A DNA stretch of 64,000 nt from Gammaproteobacteria bacterium (GCA_965221955.1 CBDCTA010000026.1:1-64000), one strand, 5' to 3'. Numbered from the stretch's first letter, positions 11,143 to 20,672 are shown. Translations and numbers: made by a program. Notes: generated from the letters alone by a model not told the origin.

Positions 11143-11550
11143 ATGCACCAAGTTTTTGTATACGGAACATTAAAATCAGGTTTTGCCAATCACAATGAGA
11201 TGCTGAAAGGGGAAAAATATCTCGGAACCTTTGTGACAATTGAGAAATATCCTTTAGTCCTCACCGGGCCGTGGAATTCTCCTGTTATGTTTCCCGAGAT
11301 AGGTGTTGGGAAATATGTAAATGGTGAAGTGTATGAAGTTAACGATTTAAAGCTCAAACACATAGATGAGTTTGAATATGTTCATTTACCTCAAGGCTTT
11401 AGAAGATTTAAGTTGAGGGTTAAGTCAATCACAGGTGAAATTTTATTTGCTGAAGCATATATGCGATTAAGAAAATTCATTAAGGAGATTCGCTCGGAAT
11501 ATTTATCGGACTATCAAGACAAGAGTTATGTGCACGAAAGCCAGAGATGA
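11143..11550 (+). CDS. Gamma-glutamylcyclotransferase (AIG2/YtfP-like) (cassette)
   Basis: VFVYGTLKSGFANH, VNGEVYEV, IDEFE; true start probably ATG 11143, since the ORF-track start lies in the repeat. Confidence 0.88.
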   Translation: MHQVFVYGTLKSGFANHNEMLKGEKYLGTFVTIEKYPLVLTGPWNSPVMFPEIGVGKYVNGEVYEVNDLKLKHIDEFEYVHLPQGFRRFKLRVKSITGEILFAEAYMRLRKFIKEIRSEYLSDYQDKSYVHESQR

Positions 11551-11556
11551 CTTTTA

Positions 11557-11586
11557 AATGTCCGCTATTGGCCGAAAGCAGACAAA
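11557..11586 (+). repeat. 30-bp palindromic cassette site, type A core
   Basis: AATGTCCGCT-ATTGGCCGAA-AGCAGACAAA. Confidence 0.9.
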
Positions 11587-11629
11587 AAATGGGATGCAAT
11601 GTGTTGGAATCAATAAATTATAAGTTCAG

Positions 11630-11659
11630 AATGTCTGCTAACGACCCAAAGCGGACATT
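11630..11659 (+). repeat. 30-bp palindromic cassette site, type B core
   Basis: AATGTCTGCT-AACGACCCAA-AGCGGACATT. Confidence 0.9.
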
Positions 11660-11702
11660 TTGGTCTTTCTCAATATTACTAGTTTAATTTAAGGGGATAT
11701 GC

Positions 11703-12326
11703 ATGCAAAAACTAACTTATAAAGCATTTGCTTTAATAACAATTACATTCTTATTGGTTGCTGGATGTGCAACACCAATAAGTGATACAGAAAAGTCCGC
11801 AATCAAAAAGATTGGAATTATTAATTCATTTGAAAAACATCCGAATTATCTAAAAATTGGCACTACAATGTTCACCAATAAAGAATCTCTTATAGAGGAA
11901 TTAGAATACAAAGAGTTTGTTAGGGACGAAGTAGCTAATTATTTACAGAATAAAGGTTATATTATTGTCGATGTAGGTGATTCTGATGCTATATCGCAAG
12001 GAGCTGTTGATATGACAATTGAAATTGTTCCTAGGGATGCAAAGCAAAGACCTTATACTTATGGATATGGCTTTGTGCAAAGATTTTTACTTGGTAAAGG
12101 AGAGCCACCTAAATCATATATCGCTCTAAACCTTGTTCCAAAAAGCAATAAAGCGAGAAATCCATTTAGTGCTTATTATCACGAAAACTATGAACTATTA
12201 AACATTAAAACATTACCAGATACATGGAATGAACTTACAGAAACCCAGAAAAATGAATTTTCTAATAATTTGAAATTAAATATAAGTAAAACGATTGGTG
12301 AGCTTATACCTAAACTAGGTTTGTAG
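11703..12326 (+). CDS. Hypothetical lipoprotein (cassette)
   Basis: Signal peptide with lipobox LVAG-C; AAGGGGA RBS; very AT-rich. Confidence 0.8.
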   Translation: MQKLTYKAFALITITFLLVAGCATPISDTEKSAIKKIGIINSFEKHPNYLKIGTTMFTNKESLIEELEYKEFVRDEVANYLQNKGYIIVDVGDSDAISQGAVDMTIEIVPRDAKQRPYTYGYGFVQRFLLGKGEPPKSYIALNLVPKSNKARNPFSAYYHENYELLNIKTLPDTWNELTETQKNEFSNNLKLNISKTIGELIPKLGL

Positions 12327-12355
12327 AATTTAAATGTTCAATAATCAAAATCCTA

Positions 12356-12385
12356 GATGTCCGCTATTGGCCGAAAGGCGACATA
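12356..12385 (+). repeat. 30-bp palindromic cassette site, type A core
   Basis: GATGTCCGCT-ATTGGCCGAA-AGGCGACATA. Confidence 0.85.
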
Positions 12386-12407
12386 ATTAACTATCACTAC
12401 AGAAGCT

Positions 12408-12728
12408 ATGAATACGGGTGAGCGCATAAACCGAAAGATTGGAAGCACTACACTAGCATTGCGACTTATTTGCAGTGCATTGGTAGTTTTTCCTTTGCTC
12501 GACTATGTAAAAACTGTATTTTTTAGTGGTGGTAATGGAAACGCATATTTATTTTTCATTTTGCTCGTGCTTGGCTTTATTGCAGGAATCATACTAATCG
12601 TTAATTCATTATTTTGTTTATACCAGTATCGCAATATTGAGACTCCCTGGTTTAGTTTTGTATTCATATTGGTTGGTGTTGTTGGAATCTTTATGGCATG
12701 GCATTTTCTTCCTCAGTTCAGAATGTAA
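12408..12728 (+). CDS. Hypothetical 3-TM membrane protein (cassette)
   Basis: 106 aa with three hydrophobic segments; stop codon directly abuts the next site. Confidence 0.75.
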   Translation: MNTGERINRKIGSTTLALRLICSALVVFPLLDYVKTVFFSGGNGNAYLFFILLVLGFIAGIILIVNSLFCLYQYRNIETPWFSFVFILVGVVGIFMAWHFLPQFRM

Positions 12729-12758
12729 AATGTCCGCTATTGGCCGAAAGCGGACATT
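12729..12758 (+). repeat. 30-bp palindromic cassette site, type A core (perfect arms)
   Basis: AATGTCCGCT-ATTGGCCGAA-AGCGGACATT: perfect 10-bp inverted arms. Confidence 0.92.
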
Positions 12759-12770
12759 CATAAATTACTT

Positions 12771-12894
12771 TAGTAGAGGGCAGGGTTTGCTCGGACTATC
12801 CGTGTCCTCACCCTACGGTTCATCATATTAAGTAATGACCAAAATCATTCCGGACGATTTTGTGAACCTTGCGACCTACGGTCGCAGGCTTCAT
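12771..12894 (-). other. Degenerate tRNA-fMet 3'-half copy interrupted by a structured insert (att-like scar)
   Basis: TAGTAGAGGGCAGGGTTTG ... TGAACCTTGCGACC resembles TGGTAGCGGGGGCAGGATTTG-AACCTGCGACC of the tRNA at 13036. Confidence 0.55.
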
Positions 12895-13035
12895 AAATTT
12901 TAGTTACGTGAAATAGTGAATATGGTGAACAATGAATCGCTTCGCGATGATTAGTTTGCGTGTAACACGCATATTTGGATTAACATGTGTCGCTAAAGCG
13001 ACCATTGATTTGCGCATAATAGCCATGCGCATGTC

Positions 13036-13112
13036 TGGTAGCGGGGGCAGGATTTGAACCTGCGACCTTCGGGTTATGAGCCCGACGAGCTGCCAGACTG
13101 CTCCACCCCGCA
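13036..13112 (-). tRNA. Initiator tRNA-fMet (CAT)
   Basis: TGCGGGGTGGAGCAGTCTGGCAGCTCGTCGGGCTCATAACCCGAAGGTCGCAGGTTCAAATCCTGCCCCCGCTACCA; three G-C pairs in the anticodon stem, 1:72 mismatch, encoded CCA. Confidence 0.98.
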
Positions 13113-13129
13113 TCGATCTGAGCGGCAGA

Positions 13130-13158
13130 AGTCTACGCAGATGAGCCGGATAATTCAA
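13130..13158 (-). promoter_or_regulatory. Sigma70 promoter of tRNA-fMet
   Basis: TTGAAT-17bp-TAGACT on the minus strand followed by a GC-rich discriminator. Confidence 0.6.
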
Positions 13159-13322
13159 TAATAAAAAGAATAATATGTGTGACTTCGTCACGATTAATTT
13201 GTGAGCAGTACCCACTCTCAAGTATCCCGCGCATCGATCCAAGTACATATGGGTATGTTAATTAAGTAATAATGCTAAACAATGTTATGAATGATTTTTG
13301 AGAATTTAGGTGGCAGATTGCA

Positions 13323-13634
13323 ATGTTGATTACTTTTGAAACCAAGGCATATGCAAATATCACTATGTTTGGGGATATTGCTAAAAAGTTGATCAAGTTT
13401 ATGGGTCACAGTGGAACGGTACCGGGTGCCATTTTGGCAGAAGACTTACCCGAAGCACTTGAAAGCTTACGTTCAAAATTGCAGATGGAAATGGCGAGTG
13501 AACAAAAATGTGAAGCGGGTGACAGTCAAGATGAGGATGAAAATTATGTGAGTATTGAGAATCGGGCTAAGCCGCTTATTGAATTACTTGAAGCAGCAAT
13601 TGAACAAAATGTTGATGTCATGTGGGATAAATAA
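13323..13634 (+). CDS. DUF1840-family protein
   Basis: MLITFETKAYANITMFGDIA...MGHSGTVPGAI...RAKPLIELL...VMW signature. Confidence 0.85.
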   Translation: MLITFETKAYANITMFGDIAKKLIKFMGHSGTVPGAILAEDLPEALESLRSKLQMEMASEQKCEAGDSQDEDENYVSIENRAKPLIELLEAAIEQNVDVMWDK

Positions 13635-13842
13635 GAATTTGATCCTTTAAGTGAGCTAAAATACTAAGAGCACTCTGTAAACTAAACGAAGCATTAACAG
13701 CTAGTTAGCGCGTTTTTCTAAGGCCTGGTTGAGGCCTTATTAGGCTAGCCAGCTTGGGGAATATCACGTTATACTAGTCCATCAAATCTATATAAATGCT
13801 GTCGAATTAGAAAACCTATAAAGACATTAAAGGAGTTTGCAA

Positions 13843-14205
13843 ATGAGTGAAGCCAGCTTATATGACCGTCTTGGTGGCGGAGACAAAATCAGAGATATCG
13901 TTGCCGATATATGGGTAAATCACACTAGTAACCCGAAGGTTAAGAATCGCTATGTAAATAGTGATGGTGAGAAAGTAAAGCAGGTGGTATGGGAATTTTT
14001 CTGTTCTGGTATCGGTGGACCTCAAGAATATACAGGCCAAGATATGCTTACTGCTCATACAGGTATGAATATTAACGATACTGAGTTTAATGCGGTATGT
14101 GATGATGTTCTTGCAGCGTTAGACAAAAATAATGTGGGTCAGAAGGAAAAAGACGAAGTGCTTTGTATTCTATACTCCATGAAGGGCGACATTGTAGACG
14201 TTTAG
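13843..14205 (+). CDS. Group I truncated hemoglobin (GlbN-like)
   Basis: SLYDRLGG, GGPQEYTGQDMLTAHTGMNI...EFNAV; ATG after AAGGAG. Confidence 0.9.
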   Translation: MSEASLYDRLGGGDKIRDIVADIWVNHTSNPKVKNRYVNSDGEKVKQVVWEFFCSGIGGPQEYTGQDMLTAHTGMNINDTEFNAVCDDVLAALDKNNVGQKEKDEVLCILYSMKGDIVDV

Positions 14206-14225
14206 GTTCTAGCCTTACTTTATCC

Positions 14226-14255
14226 AAAAAAGCCCGAATGCATTCGGGCTTTTTT
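14226..14255 (+). terminator. Intrinsic terminator (perfect palindrome, bidirectional)
   Basis: AAAAAAGCCCGAATGCATTCGGGCTTTTTT. Confidence 0.88.
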
Positions 14256-14338
14256 GTTTTCGGAGTAGATGTCCTGATTAGCTTATCTAGGAAATTTAGC
14301 CATCGGTATTAGCCATCCTTAGTGAATAGGATCATTGC

Positions 14339-14367
14339 TTGATGCATTGAATTTTTTTACCTATACT
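14339..14367 (+). promoter_or_regulatory. Sigma70 promoter for the rimP-nusA-infB operon
   Basis: TTGATG-17bp-TATACT. Confidence 0.6.
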
Positions 14368-14414
14368 AATAGTGTTTTAGTTTGCTAAGTCATTGTTTTT
14401 CAATGATTCGAGAG

Positions 14415-14435
14415 GGCCCTATAAGGGCCTTTTTT
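14415..14435 (+). promoter_or_regulatory. rimP leader hairpin/attenuator
   Basis: GGCCCT-ATA-AGGGCC followed by T6, upstream of rimP. Confidence 0.55.
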
Positions 14436-14490
14436 ATTGGCTACGAAATATTTGCCAATAATTTGGCCAGCAATTTTGAAAGAGGTGAGC

Positions 14491-14967
14491 TTGTTTAATG
14501 ATCCGTTTGGTATCGTGCCGATTGTCGAACCAGTAGTAGTAGGGATGGGTTACGATTTTTGGGGTATGGAATGCCAAGTGAGTGCCAACACGGCGCAGGT
14601 GAGAATTTTCATCGACCAAGAAGAGGGTATTTCTCTAGATGATTGTTCACGGGTTAGCCAGCAATTGAGTGCAGTGCTAGATGTGGAAGACCCGGTGGAG
14701 GTGCCCTATACGTTGGAGATCTCATCTCCCGGGATTAACCGCAAGTTGTTTACTGTTGAGCAAATGAAACGCTCGATAGGCAACAAAGTAAAAGTTAAGA
14801 CGACTTGGCCAATTGATGACCGAAGAAATATTCGTGGCATTCTGCAAAACGCAGACGAAGAAAACATAACAGTGGTAACAAAAGACGGTAAAAATTTTGT
14901 TATCCCTAATGAAGCGATTAAAAACGCGAGATTAGATTTAGATTTGAATGTAAATATGAGTAATTAA
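14491..14967 (+). CDS. rimP: Ribosome maturation factor RimP
   Basis: RIFIDQEEGISLDDCSRVSQQLSAVLDVEDP, YTLEISSPG; probable TTG start at 14491 after GAGGT (ORF track starts 14437). Confidence 0.95.
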   Translation: MFNDPFGIVPIVEPVVVGMGYDFWGMECQVSANTAQVRIFIDQEEGISLDDCSRVSQQLSAVLDVEDPVEVPYTLEISSPGINRKLFTVEQMKRSIGNKVKVKTTWPIDDRRNIRGILQNADEENITVVTKDGKNFVIPNEAIKNARLDLDLNVNMSN

Positions 14968-14988
14968 ATATATTAAGTTAACGTAATT

Positions 14989-16494
14989 ATGAACAAAGAA
15001 ATTTTACTGGTAGCCGATGCAGTCTCTAATGAGAAAGGTGTTGATAAGGATATTATTTTCCAAGCTATTGAAGCGGCACTTGCTACTGCGGCGCGTAAAA
15101 AACATGGTATGGAAATGGATATTCGCGTCGCGATTGATCGCGAGTCGGGAGACTATGAGTCATTTCGTCGTTGGGAAGTATTGGATGATGAAGATCCAGA
15201 GTTTGAGTCTACTGAAAGACAAATTCTTTATAGTTATGCGATTCAAGATCATCCTGATATTCAAGTGGGTGAATATATAGAAGAACCTATTGAGTCGGTG
15301 GCTTTCGGTCGAATTTCCGCACATACCGCGAAGCAAGTGATTGTACAAAAAATTCGTGAAGCAGAGCGTTCACAAATTGTTGATATTTTCCAAGATCGTG
15401 TGGGCGAACTCGTGATGGGTGTAGTGAAACGCAGTGATCACTCTGGAACGTATATTGACTTAGGAAATAACGCTGAAGGTTTTATTCCTCGTGACCACAT
15501 GATTGCTCGAGAAGCAATGCGTCCTGGTGATCGAGTACGTGCATTTTTACATGAAGTGCGTGAAGAAGTGCGAGGCCCGCAGTTATTCTTAACGCGTACT
15601 GCACCAGAATTTTTAATCGAGTTATTTAAATTAGAAGTGCCAGAAGTAGGACAAGGTTTAATTGAAGTGCTTTCGGCTGCACGTGATCCAGGTTTGCGCG
15701 CGAAGATTGCTGTTAAATCAAACGATCCAAGGCTTGATCCAGTGGGTGCTTGTGTGGGTATGCGTGGTTCGCGGGTGCAATCCGTATCAAATGAACTAGC
15801 CGGTGAACGTATCGATATTATTCTTTGGGATGAAAATCCTGCGCAATATGTCATTAATGCCATGTCACCTGCCGCCGTAACTTCTATTGTTGTAGATGAA
15901 GATAAGAACAGCATGGATATCGCGGTGGAAGATGAAAAACTTTCGCAAGCAATCGGACGCGGTGGCCAAAATGTGAAACTCGCAAGTCAGCTTACCGGCT
16001 GGGAACTCAATGTAATGACTGAAGGTCAAGCTGAAGAGAAGAGTGAAACTGAAACACGTCAAATTGTAGAAATGTTTATGTCTCAGTTAGATGTGGATGA
16101 AGAAGTTGCGGTAATTCTTGCGCAAGAAGGCTTTTCTAGTGTTGAAGAAGTGGCTTATGTACCACCTAAAGAGTTGGTTGAGGTTGAAGAATTTGATGAG
16201 GAAATCGTAGAAGAATTACGTGCACGTGCACGAGATGTATTGCTAACCACGGCCTTAGTAACAGAAGAAAAATATGCAGATGCGGAACCATCAGCAGATC
16301 TACTTAATATGGAAGGCATGGATAAAGATCTAGCCTTTGAATTAGCGTGTCGCGGTATTTCTACAATGGAAGATTTAGCCGAACAATCGATTGATGAACT
16401 GTTAGAAATTGAAGGACTCGATTCCGATCGTGCAGGTGCATTAATTATGGCAGCTAGGGCGCCATGGTTTGAAAATGAAGGTGCTACTACATAA
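14989..16494 (+). CDS. nusA: Transcription factor NusA
   Basis: MNKEILLVADAVSNEKGV, DPVGACVGMRGSRVQ, AIGRGGQNV, AR domains. Confidence 0.99.
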   Translation: MNKEILLVADAVSNEKGVDKDIIFQAIEAALATAARKKHGMEMDIRVAIDRESGDYESFRRWEVLDDEDPEFESTERQILYSYAIQDHPDIQVGEYIEEPIESVAFGRISAHTAKQVIVQKIREAERSQIVDIFQDRVGELVMGVVKRSDHSGTYIDLGNNAEGFIPRDHMIAREAMRPGDRVRAFLHEVREEVRGPQLFLTRTAPEFLIELFKLEVPEVGQGLIEVLSAARDPGLRAKIAVKSNDPRLDPVGACVGMRGSRVQSVSNELAGERIDIILWDENPAQYVINAMSPAAVTSIVVDEDKNSMDIAVEDEKLSQAIGRGGQNVKLASQLTGWELNVMTEGQAEEKSETETRQIVEMFMSQLDVDEEVAVILAQEGFSSVEEVAYVPPKELVEVEEFDEEIVEELRARARDVLLTTALVTEEKYADAEPSADLLNMEGMDKDLAFELACRGISTMEDLAEQSIDELLEIEGLDSDRAGALIMAARAPWFENEGATT

Positions 16495-16538
16495 ATTGGC
16501 AAATTGTTGGATTTAAATTAAAGAGTAAGTAAATAAAC

Positions 16539-19070
16539 ATGAGTGAAGTAACGGTCAAACAGCTTGCAGATGTAGTCAATACACCTGTTGAAAAATTGCT
16601 GGAACAGCTTTCTGAAGCAGGTCTAGATTTTAATGCTGGTGACCAGATTGTTTCTGATGAACAAAAAATGCAATTGCTTGATCACTTACGTAATAGCCGT
16701 AGTAAATCATCTCCTGATTCGGCAGGTGAAGGCAAAAAAATCACGCTGCGCAGAAAAAGCACTACGCAGTTAAAAGTAGGTGGATCATCGGGGCGTAATG
16801 CGAGTGGGGGCGGTACGGTTAATGTTGAAGTGCGACGCAAGCGTACTTATGTAAAACGTAGTGTGGTATTAGAAGAAGCAGCTAAAGAAGAACAAAAGCG
16901 AGCCGAGGAACAAGCAGCGCGCGAAAAAGAAATTGCAGATCAATTAGAACAAGCTGCAAAAGAAAAAGCGAAACAAGAAGAAGCTAAACAACAAGAAGCA
17001 AAATTAGAAGCTGAAAAACAAGCTGAACAAGAACAGCAAGCCGAAGCAGCTAAACAAAAAACTCCAGAGCAAGAGGCCGTTGAACAAGCTGCTGCAGAAG
17101 AACAAGCACAACAGCAAACACCTGTAGTTGAAGATATACCTGCTGCTGAAGTTAAAACTGATGTAAAAGAAACTAAGAAACCCAGTAAGCCTCGTAGACA
17201 AGAATTACATGTTGCGAGTGATAAGCGAGGCAAACGTAAAGCGAAACCGAAGCAACGTCGCCCTGGTAAAGTAGCACCGAGTGAAAAGCATCAATTTGAA
17301 AAACCTGTTGAACCTATTAAGCGAGAAATTTTAGTTCCAGAAAGTATTTCTGTTTCTGATCTTGCGCAAAAAATGGCAATCAAAGCTGCTGAGGTGATTG
17401 CAGTGATGATGAAAATGGGTGTGATGGCCACGATCAATCAAATTATTGATCAAGATACAGCGATCTTAGTTGTTGAAGAAATTGGCCATGAAGCTAAGCC
17501 AATGGAAGCAACCAGTATCGAAGATGATGTGTTGCAAGTTGAATATGATGAGTCTGAAGCGAAAACCAGAAATCCAGTGGTAACCGTCATGGGTCATGTT
17601 GACCACGGTAAAACTTCATTACTTGATTACATTCGTAGTACTAAAGTAGCTTCGGGAGAAGCCGGCGGCATTACACAACATATCGGTGCGTATAGTGTTA
17701 CGACCGATAAAGGCACGATTACATTTTTAGACACACCAGGTCATGCTGCATTTACCGCAATGCGTGCGCGTGGTGCAGAAGCGACGGATATTGTTGTGCT
17801 GGTTGCGGCTGCGGATGATGGTGTTATGCCGCAAACTAAAGAAGCCGTAGAACATTCACGTGCAGCAGGTGTGCCGATGATTGTTGCGGTGAATAAAACT
17901 GATAAAGAAGATGCTGATCCTGAGCGAGTGCGAAATGAGTTGGCAGCTTTAGAAGTGCTTCCAGAAGAATGGGGTGGTGATACAATCTTTATCAATGTTT
18001 CTGCACTTACTGGTAAAGGTATTGATGAGTTATTAGAAGCCATCATATTGCAAGCAGAAATATTGGAGCTTAAGGCGGTTGATCGTGGTCCGGCTTCAGG
18101 TATTGTAATTGAGTCTTCTCTTGATAAAGGTCGTGGACCGGTTGCAACCGTTTTAGTGCAACAAGGCATGTTGTCAAAAGGCGATATGTTATTAACTGGT
18201 GAAGAGTTTGGTCGTGTGCGTGCAATGTTTGATGAAGATGGCAAAGAAATTGAACATGCAGGTCCTTCAACACCAGTGATGGTGCTCGGTTTATCCGGCG
18301 CTGCGAATGCAGGTGAAGAAGCTATTGTAGTTGCGGATGAACGAAAAGTGCGTGAAATTGTAGATTTACGTAAGAGTAAATCTCGTGACTCGAAATTTGC
18401 AGCGCAACAGGCATCTAAACTTGAAGATGTATTCAGCCAAATGGGTGAAGGCGTTGCAGCTGCTGTAAATGTTTTAATTAAAGCCGATGTGCAGGGTAGT
18501 GCTGAAGCGCTTAAAGATTCACTGGAAAAATTATCTACTGAAGAAGTAAAAGTAAAAATCGTCATGGCGAGTGTTGGTGGAATTAACGAATCTGACGTTA
18601 ACCTTGCAGAGGCATCTAAAGCGATCATTATTGGTTTCAATGTCCGTGCGGATAGTGCTGCAAAAAGAGCGGCTGCAGATGTAGGTGTTGAAATTCGTTA
18701 TTACAGTATCATTTATGAAGCAATTGATGATGTGAAACTCGCTATGAGTGGTTTACTGTCACCAGAACTACGCGAAGAAATTATTGGCCTTGCAGAAGTA
18801 AAAGATGTCTTCAGATCATCGAAAATGGGTGCTGTAGCAGGTACGCAAGTGGTAGAAGGGGTTATTAAGCGCGGTAACCCAATTCGTGTATTACGAGACA
18901 ATGTTGTGGTGTATGAAGGTGAGTTAGAATCTTTACGTCGTCACAAAGACGATGTGAATGAAGTTAAATCAGGTACAGAATGCGGTATCGCAGTTAAAAA
19001 CTATAATGACGTACAAGTAGGCGACCAAATAGAGGTTTATGAACGTACCGAAGTTGCTCGCACCATCTAA
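16539..19070 (+). CDS. infB: Translation initiation factor IF-2
   Basis: [34 protein letters not shown]. Confidence 0.99.
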   Translation: MSEVTVKQLADVVNTPVEKLLEQLSEAGLDFNAGDQIVSDEQKMQLLDHLRNSRSKSSPDSAGEGKKITLRRKSTTQLKVGGSSGRNASGGGTVNVEVRRKRTYVKRSVVLEEAAKEEQKRAEEQAAREKEIADQLEQAAKEKAKQEEAKQQEAKLEAEKQAEQEQQAEAAKQKTPEQEAVEQAAAEEQAQQQTPVVEDIPAAEVKTDVKETKKPSKPRRQELHVASDKRGKRKAKPKQRRPGKVAPSEKHQFEKPVEPIKREILVPESISVSDLAQKMAIKAAEVIAVMMKMGVMATINQIIDQDTAILVVEEIGHEAKPMEATSIEDDVLQVEYDESEAKTRNPVVTVMGHVDHGKTSLLDYIRSTKVASGEAGGITQHIGAYSVTTDKGTITFLDTPGHAAFTAMRARGAEATDIVVLVAAADDGVMPQTKEAVEHSRAAGVPMIVAVNKTDKEDADPERVRNELAALEVLPEEWGGDTIFINVSALTGKGIDELLEAIILQAEILELKAVDRGPASGIVIESSLDKGRGPVATVLVQQGMLSKGDMLLTGEEFGRVRAMFDEDGKEIEHAGPSTPVMVLGLSGAANAGEEAIVVADERKVREIVDLRKSKSRDSKFAAQQASKLEDVFSQMGEGVAAAVNVLIKADVQGSAEALKDSLEKLSTEEVKVKIVMASVGGINESDVNLAEASKAIIIGFNVRADSAAKRAAADVGVEIRYYSIIYEAIDDVKLAMSGLLSPELREEIIGLAEVKDVFRSSKMGAVAGTQVVEGVIKRGNPIRVLRDNVVVYEGELESLRRHKDDVNEVKSGTECGIAVKNYNDVQVGDQIEVYERTEVARTI

Positions 19071-19086
19071 TGGAACTTTGATTTAA

Positions 19087-19173
19087 TTCTATGCTTCGTT
19101 AAAAATTTTCTCAAAATGCTCATTTATTTATAAGTAAACTCCGCTTTTTCGAAAATTTTTGCTTCGCCTAGAA
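19087..19173. repeat. Short structured intergenic repeat (copy 1)
   Basis: Long imperfect hairpin with CTTCGTT...GCTCATTTA-N-GTAAACTCCGCT...GCTTCG; related copy at 57880. Confidence 0.6.
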
Positions 19174-19230
19174 ATATATCAAAGCCCCTTCAAGTTCGGA
19201 TACGGTTTACTTAGAAATGGTTTTTTTTAA

Positions 19231-19587
19231 TTGATGCAAGATCAATCCAGCAGACCTTTACGCGTAGGCGAACAACTGCGTCGTGAAATCACTAATTTAC
19301 TACGCAATGAAGTAAAAGATCCGCGCATCTCTGAAATAATTATTTATGATGTTGTGGTAAGCAAAGATTTAGGAATCGCAAAAGTATTTTTTAGTCCTAT
19401 GGATATCAAGCAAGATGCAACTGAAGTGACTCAGGGTTTACAAAGTGCAAGTGGATTTTTGCGCACTCAGTTAAGCAAAGCATTGCATATGCGGAAAATG
19501 CCTGAACTACGTTTCATCGTCGATCAAACTGAAGCAAATAGTGATCGCATTGAACAGCTTATTCAGCAAAGCTTAAATAAACAATAA
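19231..19587 (+). CDS. rbfA: Ribosome-binding factor A
   Basis: RVGEQLRREI, VKDPR, VSKDLGIAKVF, PELRF. Confidence 0.97.
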   Translation: MMQDQSSRPLRVGEQLRREITNLLRNEVKDPRISEIIIYDVVVSKDLGIAKVFFSPMDIKQDATEVTQGLQSASGFLRTQLSKALHMRKMPELRFIVDQTEANSDRIEQLIQQSLNKQ

Positions 19588-20496
19588 ATGCCTAAACATC
19601 GAAGTAAAGGTCGTGCACTTAACGGCTTATTACTATTTGATAAACCCTCAGGCATTTCTTCAAATCGAGCCTTACAAAAAGTAAAAGGTATTTTTAATGC
19701 GGCTAAAGCTGGACATACGGGAACGTTAGACCCTTTAGCTACAGGTTTGTTAGTGATTTGTTTTGGGCGCGCTACGAAAATTTCAGATTATTTGTTAACT
19801 GCAGATAAACAATATCAAGTGATCCTTAAACTTGGCATGACTACCACATCGGGTGATGCTGATGGTGAAGTTCTGGATCAACAAGATGCGACTTCGATCA
19901 ATACGGCACAAATTCAACATGCAGCGTCACAGCTGACCGGTAGTATTAAGCAAGTTCCACCGATGTATTCTGCTTTAAAGCATCAAGGTAAACGACTGTA
20001 TGATTTGGCGCGTCAAGGAGTGGAAGTTGAACGCGAGCCAAGAGAGGTAATCATCCACAGCTTTGACTTCATTCATCAGCAAGATAGCTTAGTAACTATG
20101 CAGGTACACTGTTCTAAAGGTACCTATGTGAGAACGCTGGTGGAAGATTTGGGCAAATCATTAGGTTGTGGTGCACATATCACTACGCTTCGGCGCATTG
20201 CTTTAGGACCTTTCTCAAACCCAGAGATGCACACATTGAACGATATAGAACCGTTAGCTGAAAAAGGCGAACTCGCCTTGGATACACTTTTGTTGCCGAC
20301 AGATGCGGCTCTTGAAGCATACCCAGCGATTTCTGTCGATACTAAGACAATGCTGGATATTCAGCATGGCAGATCAGTACAGCTAGCAGATTTACCAATA
20401 GGTGAGAGAGCTAGAATTTATAATGAAGAAAAGCAATTCTATGGTATTGCAAGCGTCAATAATGAGGGGAAATTGACTGTAAAATGTCTGAGTTGA
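19588..20496 (+). CDS. truB: tRNA pseudouridine(55) synthase
   Basis: KAGHTGTLDPLATG, QVPPMYSALK, CSKGTYVRTL. Confidence 0.98.
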   Translation: MPKHRSKGRALNGLLLFDKPSGISSNRALQKVKGIFNAAKAGHTGTLDPLATGLLVICFGRATKISDYLLTADKQYQVILKLGMTTTSGDADGEVLDQQDATSINTAQIQHAASQLTGSIKQVPPMYSALKHQGKRLYDLARQGVEVEREPREVIIHSFDFIHQQDSLVTMQVHCSKGTYVRTLVEDLGKSLGCGAHITTLRRIALGPFSNPEMHTLNDIEPLAEKGELALDTLLLPTDAALEAYPAISVDTKTMLDIQHGRSVQLADLPIGERARIYNEEKQFYGIASVNNEGKLTVKCLS

Positions 20497-20672
20497 AGAC
20501 TTAAAGGTTGCCGAATACCTCTTTAAGAATAGGCACTTAAGTAGACTACACACCAAGATATTTCCCTTGTTCAAGCGAGTCTACGTGGTAGAATCGCCCC
20601 TCAAATTGTAGGCAGCATTTAAAGAAGCAGGAGAAGGCCATAGGTGGCCAGTTATAAAGGCAAGTAAAGAAA

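Noticed and set aside
10570-12758. CRISPR array or classical integron interpretation of the 30-bp repeats
   Set aside because: Spacing is gene-sized and irregular, there are no cas genes or intI, and the sites are too short and lack attC R-box ends.
12637-13248. ORFs 12637-12831 (+) and 12904-13248 (-)
   Set aside because: Translations of the repeat (MSAIGRKRT) and of the tRNA gene.
17741-18640. 299-aa minus-strand ORF and other antisense ORFs in nusA, infB, guaB and nuo genes
   Set aside because: Shadow frames of conserved genes with no independent motifs.
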